Positions 53,451-64,000 of a stretch of DNA of 64,000 nt are shown here, one piece after another. The notes beneath the pieces are model-generated. The model saw nothing but the letters and a program-made list of their open reading frames with translations. It had not been told where the DNA came from and searched no databases. The position numbers and the translations under genes were made by a program. The number at the start of each line of letters is the position of its first letter. The first letter of the stretch is position 1. Source of the stretch: Nymphaea colorata (Eukaryota); the NCBI RefSeq assembly GCF_008831285.2, contig NC_045138.2:1984001-2048000 (forward strand), written 5' to 3'.

Positions 53451-53600
53451 GTGATCGTTCTGGAGACGGTGAGGGAGAAGACGAAGCGGTCGCGCTCCAT
53501 ACGGACGAACCTCAGGCCGGCGATGGCGGCTCTCTCGCTCTGCCTGGCATTTCAGCAATTCACTCGCCTTCCTCACCGCATCTTCTACCCTCCGAGCCAT
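53451..53600 (-). pseudogene. Frameshifted first exon of a PaaI/acyl-CoA thioesterase 13-like (hotdog fold) gene
   Basis: MARRVEDAVRKASELLKCQAERE, then a +1 shift to AAIAGLRFVRMERDRFVFSLTVSRTI(T)|GTAC and a CT-rich intron start. This resembles the GL(R/Q)V..(V/A)E.G...C.F.VP..LT end of exon 1 in plant ACOT13-like genes. TATA-like sequence at ~53880. Downstream exons not found. Confidence 0.45.
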
Positions 53601-54457
53601 ACTCCCCCTCTTCCTTCTTTCCTTGCTTCTGCTGCCGCATCAAGAAGGGAAGGCAAGAAAATGATCATAAGGTCGAGTAATGGAGGACTTCTCCCTCCTT
53701 TCATGCCTACGTACGAGCCACCTCACTGATAGCAAGAATCTCCAAGCCGTTTTCGTTTGTCTTGCGCAGGCGAGGCAGGACAGCAATGGCCAATCACCTC
53801 CCCTTCGGTCCCACGCCCGATGATCGCGTTCCCCGGTGGAAATTTTAAAACAGCGCCCGCCGAAGGAATCATGCTCTATATATAGGTCCATGGATAAGCA
53901 CTGCACGGGAATCTGTTAAATGACGGTTGCCTCAGGAAACCGTTTTTGCAGTTGTTTCCTCTTCATCAACGAGACTACACACTGTTTGGTTCATCTTTCA
54001 ATTTCAATCATACTTCGATTATTTTCATTCTCATATTGGGTTAGACAATCGAGATGAATCAGAAGATGATTACTACTAAAAGCGGTCTTTCAACAGAAGT
54101 GTCTCGATCTGTCTTAATTTTGCGAATAAGTATTTCGAAGCCTCATTTGGACGACACATGCTTTCTTTTCTTTTCTTGGCTAGTACACGTCTTCGATCGG
54201 CTACCACAACTTGCAATCGATCCATGGAAAAGATTAAAACATGACACTGTTGCTTAAAAAACATGCATGTTCGGAAGCGTCCTTCCATTGACAACAAAAA
54301 TAAGATACACTTCAATCATGAAACTATCAGATACATTAAGTGTAAGACATGAGATTCATTTGACCAAATAAAAAACATCTTTATTGCAATAAATCATAGT
54401 TATTTGCATCGATCATCCGTTCTTGTGCACATGGCTATCGTACATGGACTAGCTTGG

Positions 54458-54489
<32 letters not shown>

Positions 54490-55199
54490 AAAATTCACTG
54501 CAGCATTTATGTGACATGAAACTCTGAGGTGCATTAGGTAGAAGAAAGAAGACCCGTTTTAGCTAGAAAACTTCGCTTTTAGACCATATTATTTACATCA
54601 GCATCCACTCTGTGCACATGGCCATTGTAGATGGAGTAGCTTGGCCTCTCTCCCTCTCTCTTTCTGAACTTCGTTGCAGCATTTCTGTGAAAACACAACA
54701 ATTTACGGCTGTTTTCCAAGATCTCTGACCAATTTCCACTGGGAATGGCTGTAGATCCAGCATTCACATAGAAAAGTTTTCAAACTTCTTAAAACACTAC
54801 TTCATCCAGTTTTATAAGAATATATTGTACTCTAAAACACAGATTCTTAGAACACATTATTCATAAGCAACATGTTCTTATTTCTGGAAGCATAGTATTA
54901 TTATGAATATTATTTTCAAATTTGACAACCTCGGTACATGTTTCGTGAAACGAGAATACAATGTTCTTTAAACATACATTCAAAAGATCTCTTTCAAAAA
55001 CTATGTTTTTTCTTATAGAGATTTAATTACCTACAATGGCTGGACCCACTTTAAATTCATGCATTAACATACAATTTGAAAACTAACCACAGTAACCACC
55101 GATTTCCACAAACCTATGGACTTCTAACAGCGTTGAGGTGTTGCGAGAGGCCTTTACACATATAGCTTGTTAAAAATGGTCGATCTGAATCAACTGTAT

Positions 55200-57330
55200 T
55201 TTGGATGACTGCATTCCAACTCCCTAAGAATTCTCTACTGAAGATCGAAACCAGCATGATCAATTTCCTTTGGACTCACAGCCAAAATGGAAAGGGGTAA
55301 TCATCTCCTTCCGAACAAGCACCCAATGAGACCTGTCAAGGAGGGAGGGGTAGGATCAAAGCCTTTAAAGGAGATTAACTAAGCCCTCCTCGCCAGTAGA
55401 TTGTGCGCAGTCTTGAACAATTACTACTAAAAGCTGGTGGGAGAAATTACTCGACCTAACGAGGCATGGCCCCATCAAATTGTGAGCATGTGGTAAACGC
55501 AAAAGCATGAACCTGAACGGAGCTCTACTGCAGATGACATGCTGGTTTGGAAAAATAATGAAAAGATGGATCTAAAAGGGGCCAATATTGTAAAGAGTCA
55601 TCACCGACTCTTGGAAGGGTTGAGAAGAATCAAAGAGGCTTTGAGCCTCTCCTTTGTAAAGTCGGCGTTTGTAATGATTAAAGAAAAAAAAATGTGGAAA
55701 CCGGTGGAAGCATCACCACCGACTACTGCTCCCTATAAATAGGGATGATGGGCATAGTGTGTGAGCATTGTGAGTTGGGTTGAGTCAGTGTGAGCATTGT
55801 GAGTTGGGTTGAGTCTCCTTTGAGCTAAAGTTTGTGTGTTCACTTTGTGAGCTGGTGTGTGAGAGTTTTTAGTGTGTGCTCAAGTGCAAGAGTGTCAGTG
55901 CTTGGATGTTAGCTCACTACGTGAGCTTGTTGAGGTGAGTTCTTGTACATTACTTTTATATATTTTATTTTGACAAGTAATAGAAGTGTATTGTTTTGAA
56001 GTGTAGCTGGTGCATGCTTTAGGTTGTTGCTTGGTCAAGTTTATTTTGTGAATTTTGTTGGTGTTGTTATTAAGTTCCTACTAAGTATACTTTGTTAAGT
56101 TTATTATTGAAAATTATTTTGGACGTCGAGGCTCTACCAGTTTTTCTTAGCATAAATTTTGGTTTGGATCTAAGTTATATCTAGGGCCCACATTTGTTTC
56201 CCTACAAATATTTGGAGGAACACTAGGCATGCGGATTCTGATCAGGGCTGGAGTAGGCATGTGTGGAATAGTAATGCTTCTATGAGAGCTTGTTGGTTTC
56301 TTTATATTACATGTGAAGATACACTGCAGACTTGGGACCGAATACAAAGGAGAGGGGTTGCACTAGCTAGCAGGTACAACTTCTGTTGTAGACAGGCTGA
56401 GAACAATCAACATCTGTTTTACATATGTCCAATAAGTGGAGGGTTGGAACTTTGTAGTTAGGAAGTTTGAGGGAAGTAAGATTCCTTGGATGAACGTTAA
56501 GAAGAAGCTCCAAGCTTGGTAACAGGTGAATATCAATGCAGAATGGTTGATGCTGGCGAATCTGTTTTCAAGTTGTAGTATGGATAACTTGATGGTGCAG
56601 GAACTTAACAACTGCGTAGAAAGTATAACAAAAACTGGATTCAAGAGGATAGTTTGGGGCGCGTTGTAAGGAGGCAATTGGTGCTTTTAAATAAAGTGAC
56701 AATGAAGAACTAGTGATTGCTGTGTCGTTGAGCAAAGGAATTTTTTGTGATGCAACCTCAGCTGAAGATATGTCCAGAAAGCAACTCTATGTACTCATCT
56801 TCAGAAAGGCTCAACTGTCTGAAATTTGCGGTGTTTAGAGAAAAGCTAATGGCGAGTGGATTATGCGAATGGAAGAGACGCAGGTGGGTGGCGATGATGT
56901 AGAGATGCAGATATTAATGGAATGGTTGAGCAGTTTCAATGTTACTGAAGGTAGGGAGACCATTGTCACCAACAACCCTGGTTGGAGGAGGCGTTTAAGA
57001 GGCATTATTGAAGGTAGGAGGAACGTTTCTCCTCAGTGGAGATCTTTTCATCAGTATAGCTCTTGTGTGGACTTGCAGCTTCAACTTCCAACGGTGGAAG
57101 TTGGAAGAGTCATTAGGAGGTATGGGGAAAGAGACGGTAGAGATGATTATGGTTGAATGCTTCATGTTCGTGCTTGCTCAGTATGGAACGTTGGATTTTA
57201 TTAAGGATGTCTTTTGTTTTGGCTGTGGAGTGTCTAGGTTTAGTCACTAGATGTGCTGATTTGAATTACTTCTCTTGTTTGATGCAATTTTGTTCATATC
57301 CCTAATTTTTGCTAAATAAAAGGTTGGGGA
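55200..57330 (+). mobile_element. Highly decayed LINE 3' half, interrupted by a ~550-bp LTR-like insert (55589-56139)
   Basis: LINE motifs PVKEGGVGSKPLKEIN*ALL and zf-RVT-like LQTWDRIQRRGVALASRYNFCCRQAENNQHLFYICP. The insert begins TGTAAAG and contains CTATAAATAGG and TG-rich repeats; no TSD. Confidence 0.6.
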
Positions 57331-58164
57331 GCCTAATTCCCTGCATATCCTTTATTGGAATCAATTAGTGTTGGAAGCAATCAAACATGTTGTTTGACAA
57401 CATGTTGTGTGGGATCTTGGTTATATGCACACACTGGTGTATACTCGTCATGAAGACCGTTTTGAAAAAGGATAAAAATGAAGTTGTACAAAAAGACTAA
57501 ATAGTACATTTCATCATCAATTCTAAAATGCCCCCAACCCTCTCTTTCTTTGGAAGTTTATATTTGTTGCATGCAGAAGGTTGTGCAGGCAACTGGATCT
57601 GGTATGTCTGGGGCTCCTTGAGGCAAACCCGTAAAAAGGCTACACTAATCATTTGATTATTCTGCTTATATATATATACATATATATTCCTTCTTGTTTC
57701 ATTCTTTTTTGTTGCTTGTGTGCGTTGCTGTGTTTTTGTTTCGTTGTTGCAAGAACCTTTGCAGGTTTATCCATCGATAAGATCCTAGGAGAAACTACAA
57801 AGTTCCAATAGCTTATTAAGTTTTCACTTGCACCCACCTTACAGATAGAAGAACAAGGGAAAGGAAGTTGTAGGTAGTTAGTAACATATGCATCGTGTTA
57901 CTAATTCTTCGACTAAATGCCTCAAACACAGTAATGCATCCCTTTGTGGTGTCAACAAAACAATTGTCACAAGCGAGTATGAATGTGTGTTGCATCTGAG
58001 TTCTGAATCAGCCTTCATCCCCAGGGAGCAAGGAAAAGGAGAGGTGGTTTTGCCTTTTACATACCACCACAAAGCGACATTTGGTACTCAATTAAAACCA
58101 CAAGAAGGGTATTAAAATTTAAGCTTGTGTCACTTGATTCATATATATGTTTTTCTTTACATGC

Positions 58165-58382
58165 TAGTGCAACCTCATCTCAAGATCGATCAAGTGCTAC
58201 ACATTAAGAAAAAGAGGGAGAGAGCTCAGAGAGGTATAGTTTTGCAATGTTTATTGTCATCACATGTAGATGATATAACATTGATCAACTTATTGTATTT
58301 TTTATGGTGAAGAGATGAGGAGGAGACAAAGAAGAAAGGACAAGCAACATCCACCGATGTAGAGCAGCATGGGATCAGTCAA
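58165..58382 (-). pseudogene. 3' flank/UTR remnant of another secreted-protein gene copy
   Basis: Matches 28425-28687 (CTCAAGATCGATCAA...TTGATCAACTTATTGTAT...AGAGCAGCATGG.ATCAGTCAA) and breaks into Copia sequence ~27 nt before the stop codon. Confidence 0.75.
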
Positions 58383-59780
58383 ATCAAATAAAAGATCTTG
58401 TGTGCTCTATATTCCTAACTTTCTGCCAATCTTATTATGTAAGTAAGATAACTAAAGACTATGACTGCTTAGCTATTTTCTCTTCAAAGCATGTGATTTT
58501 TCAGGACAAGAAGTCGAGGAAGGAGATTGGTCGAGGGTATGAGCACAACGGTCTATATGTCTTAGACAACATTGAGGCTGGCTTTCTTGCTCGTGCAGAA
58601 AAGACATCTGAGTACAAATTGTGGCACTCCCGGCTTGGTCCTATTTCAGATAGGTCGCTGAAAATTCTTGTTCCTAACATCAAACCAGATGGGCATTCTT
58701 GTGATGCATGTGAATTCTCAAAATCGACTAGATTACCTTTTCAAAACTCTAGAAAAAAGGTCCGTTGAAATCTTTGATTTAATTCATTCTGATGTTTGGG
58801 GCCCAGTCTCAGTCGAGTCTCATTCTGGATATAGATACTATGTTTCTTTTATTGATGATAAAACTCACATGAGTTGGCTTTATTTTCTCAAAAATAAGAA
58901 TGATGTTGCTAAAACTTTTGAAGAATATTATGAGCTTGTATACACGCAATATGAGACCAAAATAAAAAAATTAAGGTCGGATAATGGAGGTGAATATGTC
59001 AATCAAATTCTTGATGATTTCATGAAAAAGAAAGGCATATGTCCCCAACTCACTTGTGCTTGTACTCCCCATCAAAATGGGGTTGCCGAATGCAAGAATC
59101 GACAATTGCTTAGTATTGCTAGGTCCCTTATGATGAATATGAATGTTCCCATTTGTTTTTTGTCTGAAGCAGCAATAAGAACTACTTGTTATATAGCAAA
59201 TAGAATACCTAATTCGAGCATTAACGATCAAATTCCAATTCAATTACTTCTAAATAAATCAGTTTGTACTAATCATTCTAAAGTTTTTGGATGCAAATGT
59301 TTTGTTCATATTCAAGAAAAATTTAGGAATAAATTAGAAAAAATAGCTATGAAATGCATTTTTCTTGGATATTCAAGTAAAAAGAAATGGTTCAAATGTT
59401 ATGAACCTCATTTGAAAAAATTCTTTGCCACTCGTGACGTAAAGTTTTTTGAGCAAGAACCGTTTCATGAGAATGACGTTCAGGGGGAGACAAAACAAAA
59501 ACAACATGTTGACATTAGTCTCCCACAACCTCTGGTAAGCATTCATGAAAACGTAAGTAAGTATTCCAATGCAAATCAACTTCTTGGGAACCAAAATCAA
59601 AGTGACAGCAATCGGCATCCTCAGTCTAATGAAGCTGATCGTACTATTGTTCCTCAAGATGATGAAATGTCTCCAAGGCCAACCCAAGACATCGTGACTG
59701 AGCAACTATTACGGAGATTGTCTAGATCCACCAAACCACCAACCAGGCTAAGTGATTTCTATTCAACGTCCTTAACCATA
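58383..59780 (+). mobile_element. Ty1/Copia internal fragment (GAG-pre-integrase and integrase)
   Basis: Motifs LWHSRLGPIS, CDACEFSK, LIHSDVWGP, FIDD, LRSDNGGEY, PHQNGVAECKNR and CIFLGYS; frameshift at ~58760; no LTR or RT. Confidence 0.92.
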
Positions 59781-60218
59781 ACTAAGGACGAACTTGTCCA
59801 AGCCAAAAATGTAGAGCGTGAATATGAAAAAGCTTGCAAAACGGGAAGACAATTTTTAAAAAAATTGCGAATAGAATGGATGCTATTGAGGTTGGAAACC
59901 AAACAATAAAAGTATTACATAAAGATTTTTATGTTACATGTGATTTTCTTGTCGACATACCAAGATTAATCCACTTTGTGTGCTTCTCAATTTTTGTTTA
60001 AAAATTTCTTTGACAAGTTAAAAACTGCCAGGCGAATTTTTATGGTAATAAAGTAGTAAATATACATTCGGAAATGGTTGTTGTATCGATCCTTACCTTT
60101 TGGCATGAACTGGACTACATCTAGTCTTTGTGAAAAGAACGCCTGCAAACTTAAAAATCTACTTGCTATATATTCATTAAAACATAATTAAAAGCTAAAG
60201 TTTTGTTAATTTCATCTT

Positions 60219-63200
60219 TGTAAGGATCATTTGGTGGGCCGACATATGTCTATGAGAAATTTCAGACATTATAGCTGTCTTAATGTAAATATCCGCTTAT
60301 TATGTTGTCTTAATGTAAATATCTGCTTAAGTGATTGCATTTTGGGATATTACGTCATTTTAGATGGTATGGGTAATTTTGAAATGTATAGATACCTGTA
60401 CACAATTACGGACTCTTTGATGGGTTGAATCCGTAATTGCCCTTAATATAAAATGGTAGTGGTCCCTCGGGTCGTGCAATGGTTGCTTGAAACGTTGGTG
60501 TCTAGGGTTGTCTCTTCCCAATCTGAGAGAGACCTCACGTGCGCCGCAAAGACTCTAAAAGATCCTACTGCGATCTACCGTCCAGTTCTTCAGATGGATT
60601 GAGGTACACTTCCGCTACAGTTAAGTTTTTGGTTTCAATGATTTAGCATGAACATGATCCTGTTTAGGGTATATTGTTTTTTTTTTTTTGTATATGCATA
60701 AGGGAAATCTCCAACAATTGGTATCAGAGCCCTTTGTTCATTGTTGAATCGTTGATTTTTTTTATGAATTTTTGTGTGATCTTTCCTTTCGGATGTTCCC
60801 TTTCTTCGGCTGCATGATTTTTCAAAAAAAAGTTTGGGTTGAGGGCGTGCGACGGAAGCCGTCGGGCTTCCGTTGCAGCCATCTGAGGTCTCAGGAGGAT
60901 CGGAGAAGGAGACAACTGGATCGGTGGGCGTCGGTCGCCGTTGGGTGACGGCAGGCCTCCGGCGCATCCGTGCCGGTGGCACCCATGCCGTTGGGTGGCC
61001 TTTCGGTGCCTCCACGCCTATATAGTAGCTACTGGAAACGTAAGAAAAGGGGAAACAGGGAAGGCGACGGCAGGGAGAGGCGGCCGTTTTCCCACCGTCA
61101 GGCAGGCGTCGGCCGGCCATTAGGCGACGACCAGACCTCCGCGTCGTGGCGGCACCCGTCGACAGCCACCCATGCTATTGGGTGGCCTGTCGGCAGCTTT
61201 TTGACCGCCATTGCAGCTGCCCAAAATCAGAAAGGAGCGAAAATCAGGCAATGAGTAAAACCGGCCGGAACAGCGGTCGATGGTCGGCCGTCCTGGCAGC
61301 ACCCGCCGACGGCCACCCACGGAGTTGGGTGGCCTGGCGGTGGAAGACCACCGCCCGCCTACTGTTCGGCAGGCGAGCATTGGAGGCGACGCTCGCGCGA
61401 TCGAGCGATCGCGGGTCGGACCGGGTCCAGTCTTGACAGACCCGTTCCGGATCCATCAGTTCAAAAAAAAAATTGTGGCCCACTTCCGCCCGCTTTAAGT
61501 TTTTCGGATCGGGTGGGGTCCCACACGGTTTGTTTTCAAAACAAAACCGGTTCATTAAGTTTAGAACCGATTTAGTTTGATTTAGAACCGGTTCGCACCT
61601 TTCTGAACCGATTCGGGCCCTTTTCAGACCGATTCAGGGCTTTTCAGACTGGTTCTTTCATTTTGGAAACCGATTTTAGCCATTTTCGAACCAATTCAGT
61701 GGGTTTCAGAACTGATACGGTCTATTATTGACCAGTTCGTCCAATTTTTGACTGGTTCAACCCTATTTAGGGCCTTGTGGGTGCTTTTGTTGTGGTTTAA
61801 GAACAACCATTTTAAGGTCGATTCAGTGGTTCTTGACCCACTTAAGCACGATTGTGGTACCAGTTCATGCAATTTAGACTCTTTTGGGCCCATTTCATTG
61901 AATCATCTTGTTCTTGGATTCAATGTAGGGATAATGTTGTATGCAATTTTAATTTATGTATTATGTTTCGCATGTTATTAAAATTGTGGATGTGCTTTAG
62001 ATGAATGTTTGAACCATGAATTTGAATTTTAGCCATGTCTATTGTTCGAAATGAGTAGGTTTGTAATTTATGTCGCCAAAGTAACCTCTGTTGTACGAAT
62101 TTTTCTGTTTTGAACATTAGATGATAGTATACTTGATCCATGCGAGCAATGATCAACGCAAAGGAGGATTATTATTTGGTCAGGTTTAAATATACAGGGC
62201 AATGAATATGTGACAATTTTTTATGTTTCCATGTGAATAGTGAGTCTATCGAAAAATGGGCTCGTTATTTGACAGGGCTAATTATCTATATTCATTGTTG
62301 ACCAACAATACCACTTGCAGTTAATATTTCAATTCAAATATTAGATATTAATGTTGCATCGGTACCTTGTGATGGGATTTGGGTCATTGTATTTAAATTC
62401 ATTTATATTTGTTGTTTCATCTATATACATGTATTGATTTTGAGCATGTTTGGTATTTTTGTTCTTTGTATAGTGAGTTCTGCTTTCATGATATTTACAA
62501 ATTTGAGTACTATTCATGAGTTAAATGATTCGAATTTTAAAAGAAAGAAAAGAAAGACTATTAAGGAAGTTGCAGTTGATCAGTCATCCATTAAGAAACA
62601 GAAGAAACATAAGGAAAGCCAATCAGGCTGCTTCTTTTGTAAGGGTGAAGGTCATATGAAGAAGGATTGTGCTAAGTTTCACGCTGGCGTGAAATGAAAG
62701 GTACGCTTCTCACTTTGGTTTGTTCTGAGGTTAATTTAACTTCAGTACCCAGAAACACTTGGTGGGTAGATTCGGTTGCTACTACTCACACAAGTGTTTC
62801 TTTGCAGCGCTGCATAAATTGTCGGACACCAAATGATGTTGAAAGATTCATCTAAGTGGGCGATGACAAGAAGGTGAAGGTTGAAACCATAGCATATTTT
62901 TTGTTATTGTTAAAGACTAGCTGTTATTTGAATTTGACAGAAACTTATGTGGTACCGTCTTTTACATGGAATTTGATTTTTATATTCTCGTTGGACAAAT
63001 TTGGTTATTATTGTTCATTTAAAGATAGTAAATTTAAGTTATTTCTGCACTCAAATTTGATAGCCATCGGTTCTTTGTCTGGTAGCGATAACCTTTATTT
63101 GCTTGATACGGTTGCTTCATATTATGAAACTTTGCATGTTACGTCTAGTGGTACTAAAAGAAAATTAGTCAATGAGAATTCTGCTATGTTGTGGCATAGA

Positions 63201-64000
63201 CGCTTAGGACATATTTCTGAAAAGAGAATAAAAAGGCTTATGTCGAATGTAATTCTTGAGTCCCTTGATTTTGCAGACTTTAATGTTTACATTAAAAGTA
63301 TAAAGGGAAAACGAACAAGCATTAAGGCGTTATAAGTTTTATAATCCATCCAGTAAGTCTTTCTTTGAAACGGGAAATGCTCATTTCTTTGAGGATATTG
63401 AGTTTGGGGGAGGTGATCAGGTTAGGAGCTTTGCCTTTGAAGAGGGACCTAAGTTCACTCATACAGATGTTGTAAGCAATAGTCATGTATTCATTCCTGT
63501 CATTGTTCCATCAACATATTCAGGAGAAAGCAATGATGTCGATCTCCCTACTGAAGAACAAACTCAACAACCTCAAGAAAATCAAGTAAAGGTGTTACCA
63601 AGGAGATCCACTAGAGAGAGGAAAAATACAATTTCAAATGATTTTGTTTATCTCCAAGAACATGATGTTGATATGAACTTAATGAATTAATGAATGATGA
63701 TCCTATTAACCTCCAGCAAACAATAAAGAGTTCTAAATCTCATAAGTGGATAGATGTCATGAATGAGTAAATAAAGTCCATGATGGATAATGACGTATGA
63801 GAAGTTGTTCCCTTGCCTGAAGATGTGAAACCCATTGGTTGTAAATGGTTATTTAAAACCAAAAGAAATTCATTAGGTAACATCGAAAGGTATACGGCAC
63901 GTCTTGTCGCAGAGGGCTTTACTCAAAAGGAAGGTATTGATTATACAGAGACTTTCTCTCTAGTTTCATCGAAAGACTCTTTCATGACTATAATGGCACT
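60219..64000 (+). mobile_element. Ty1/Copia LTR retrotransposon, 5' LTR to start of RT, internally deleted; continues past the window
   Basis: LTR ends CCAACA at 60716 (start at TGTAAGG ~60219 is tentative). PBS TGGTATCAGAGCC (tRNA-iMet) at 60719-60731. Zinc knuckle CFFCKGEGHMKKDC, protease WWVDS.ATTH, LWHRRLGHIS, and RT motifs KPIGCKW.FKTK and RLVA.GFTQKEGIDY.ETFS. Confidence 0.9.

Noticed and set aside
53523..53729. Plus-strand ORF resembling a plastid transit peptide (MAALSLCLAFQQF...)
   Set aside because: It ends in a stop with no downstream exon; TATA, donor and intron signals favour the minus-strand reading.
57560..58120. Possible spliced gene fragment on + (TTTGCAG acceptor at ~57764)
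   Set aside because: Frames are interrupted by stops and no domain is recognisable.

Overview
AT-rich, repeat-laden angiosperm nuclear DNA (spliceosomal introns, (GA)n/(TA)n microsatellites, Copia/L1/hAT elements). Host genes: the first two coding exons of a plastid adenylate kinase (minus strand, continuing off the left edge) and a complete 5-exon Aux/IAA gene (14108-20393). The most striking element is a local family of intronless, GC-rich genes encoding a 123-aa secreted Trp/Pro/Cys-rich protein with a CX3C-X18-CX3C core that I cannot assign to a known family. It has two intact, nearly identical copies (28715-29086, 32189-32560), one 5'-truncated inverted copy, one 'empty' site and one 3'-flank-only remnant. 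The array lies in a large inverted duplication that also copied Aux/IAA exons 4-5, and an orphan DSS1/SEM1 exon sits in the spacer. The right half is a transposon nest: an L1 LINE whose 5' part is inverted (twin-priming-like geometry) and whose ORF1 carries a RanBP2-type zinc finger, a defective hAT element inside it, (TC)n-tailed non-LTR remnants, a frameshifted thioesterase-like exon, and two decayed Copia elements. All calls come from reading the sequence and ORF track by eye; no searches were run.
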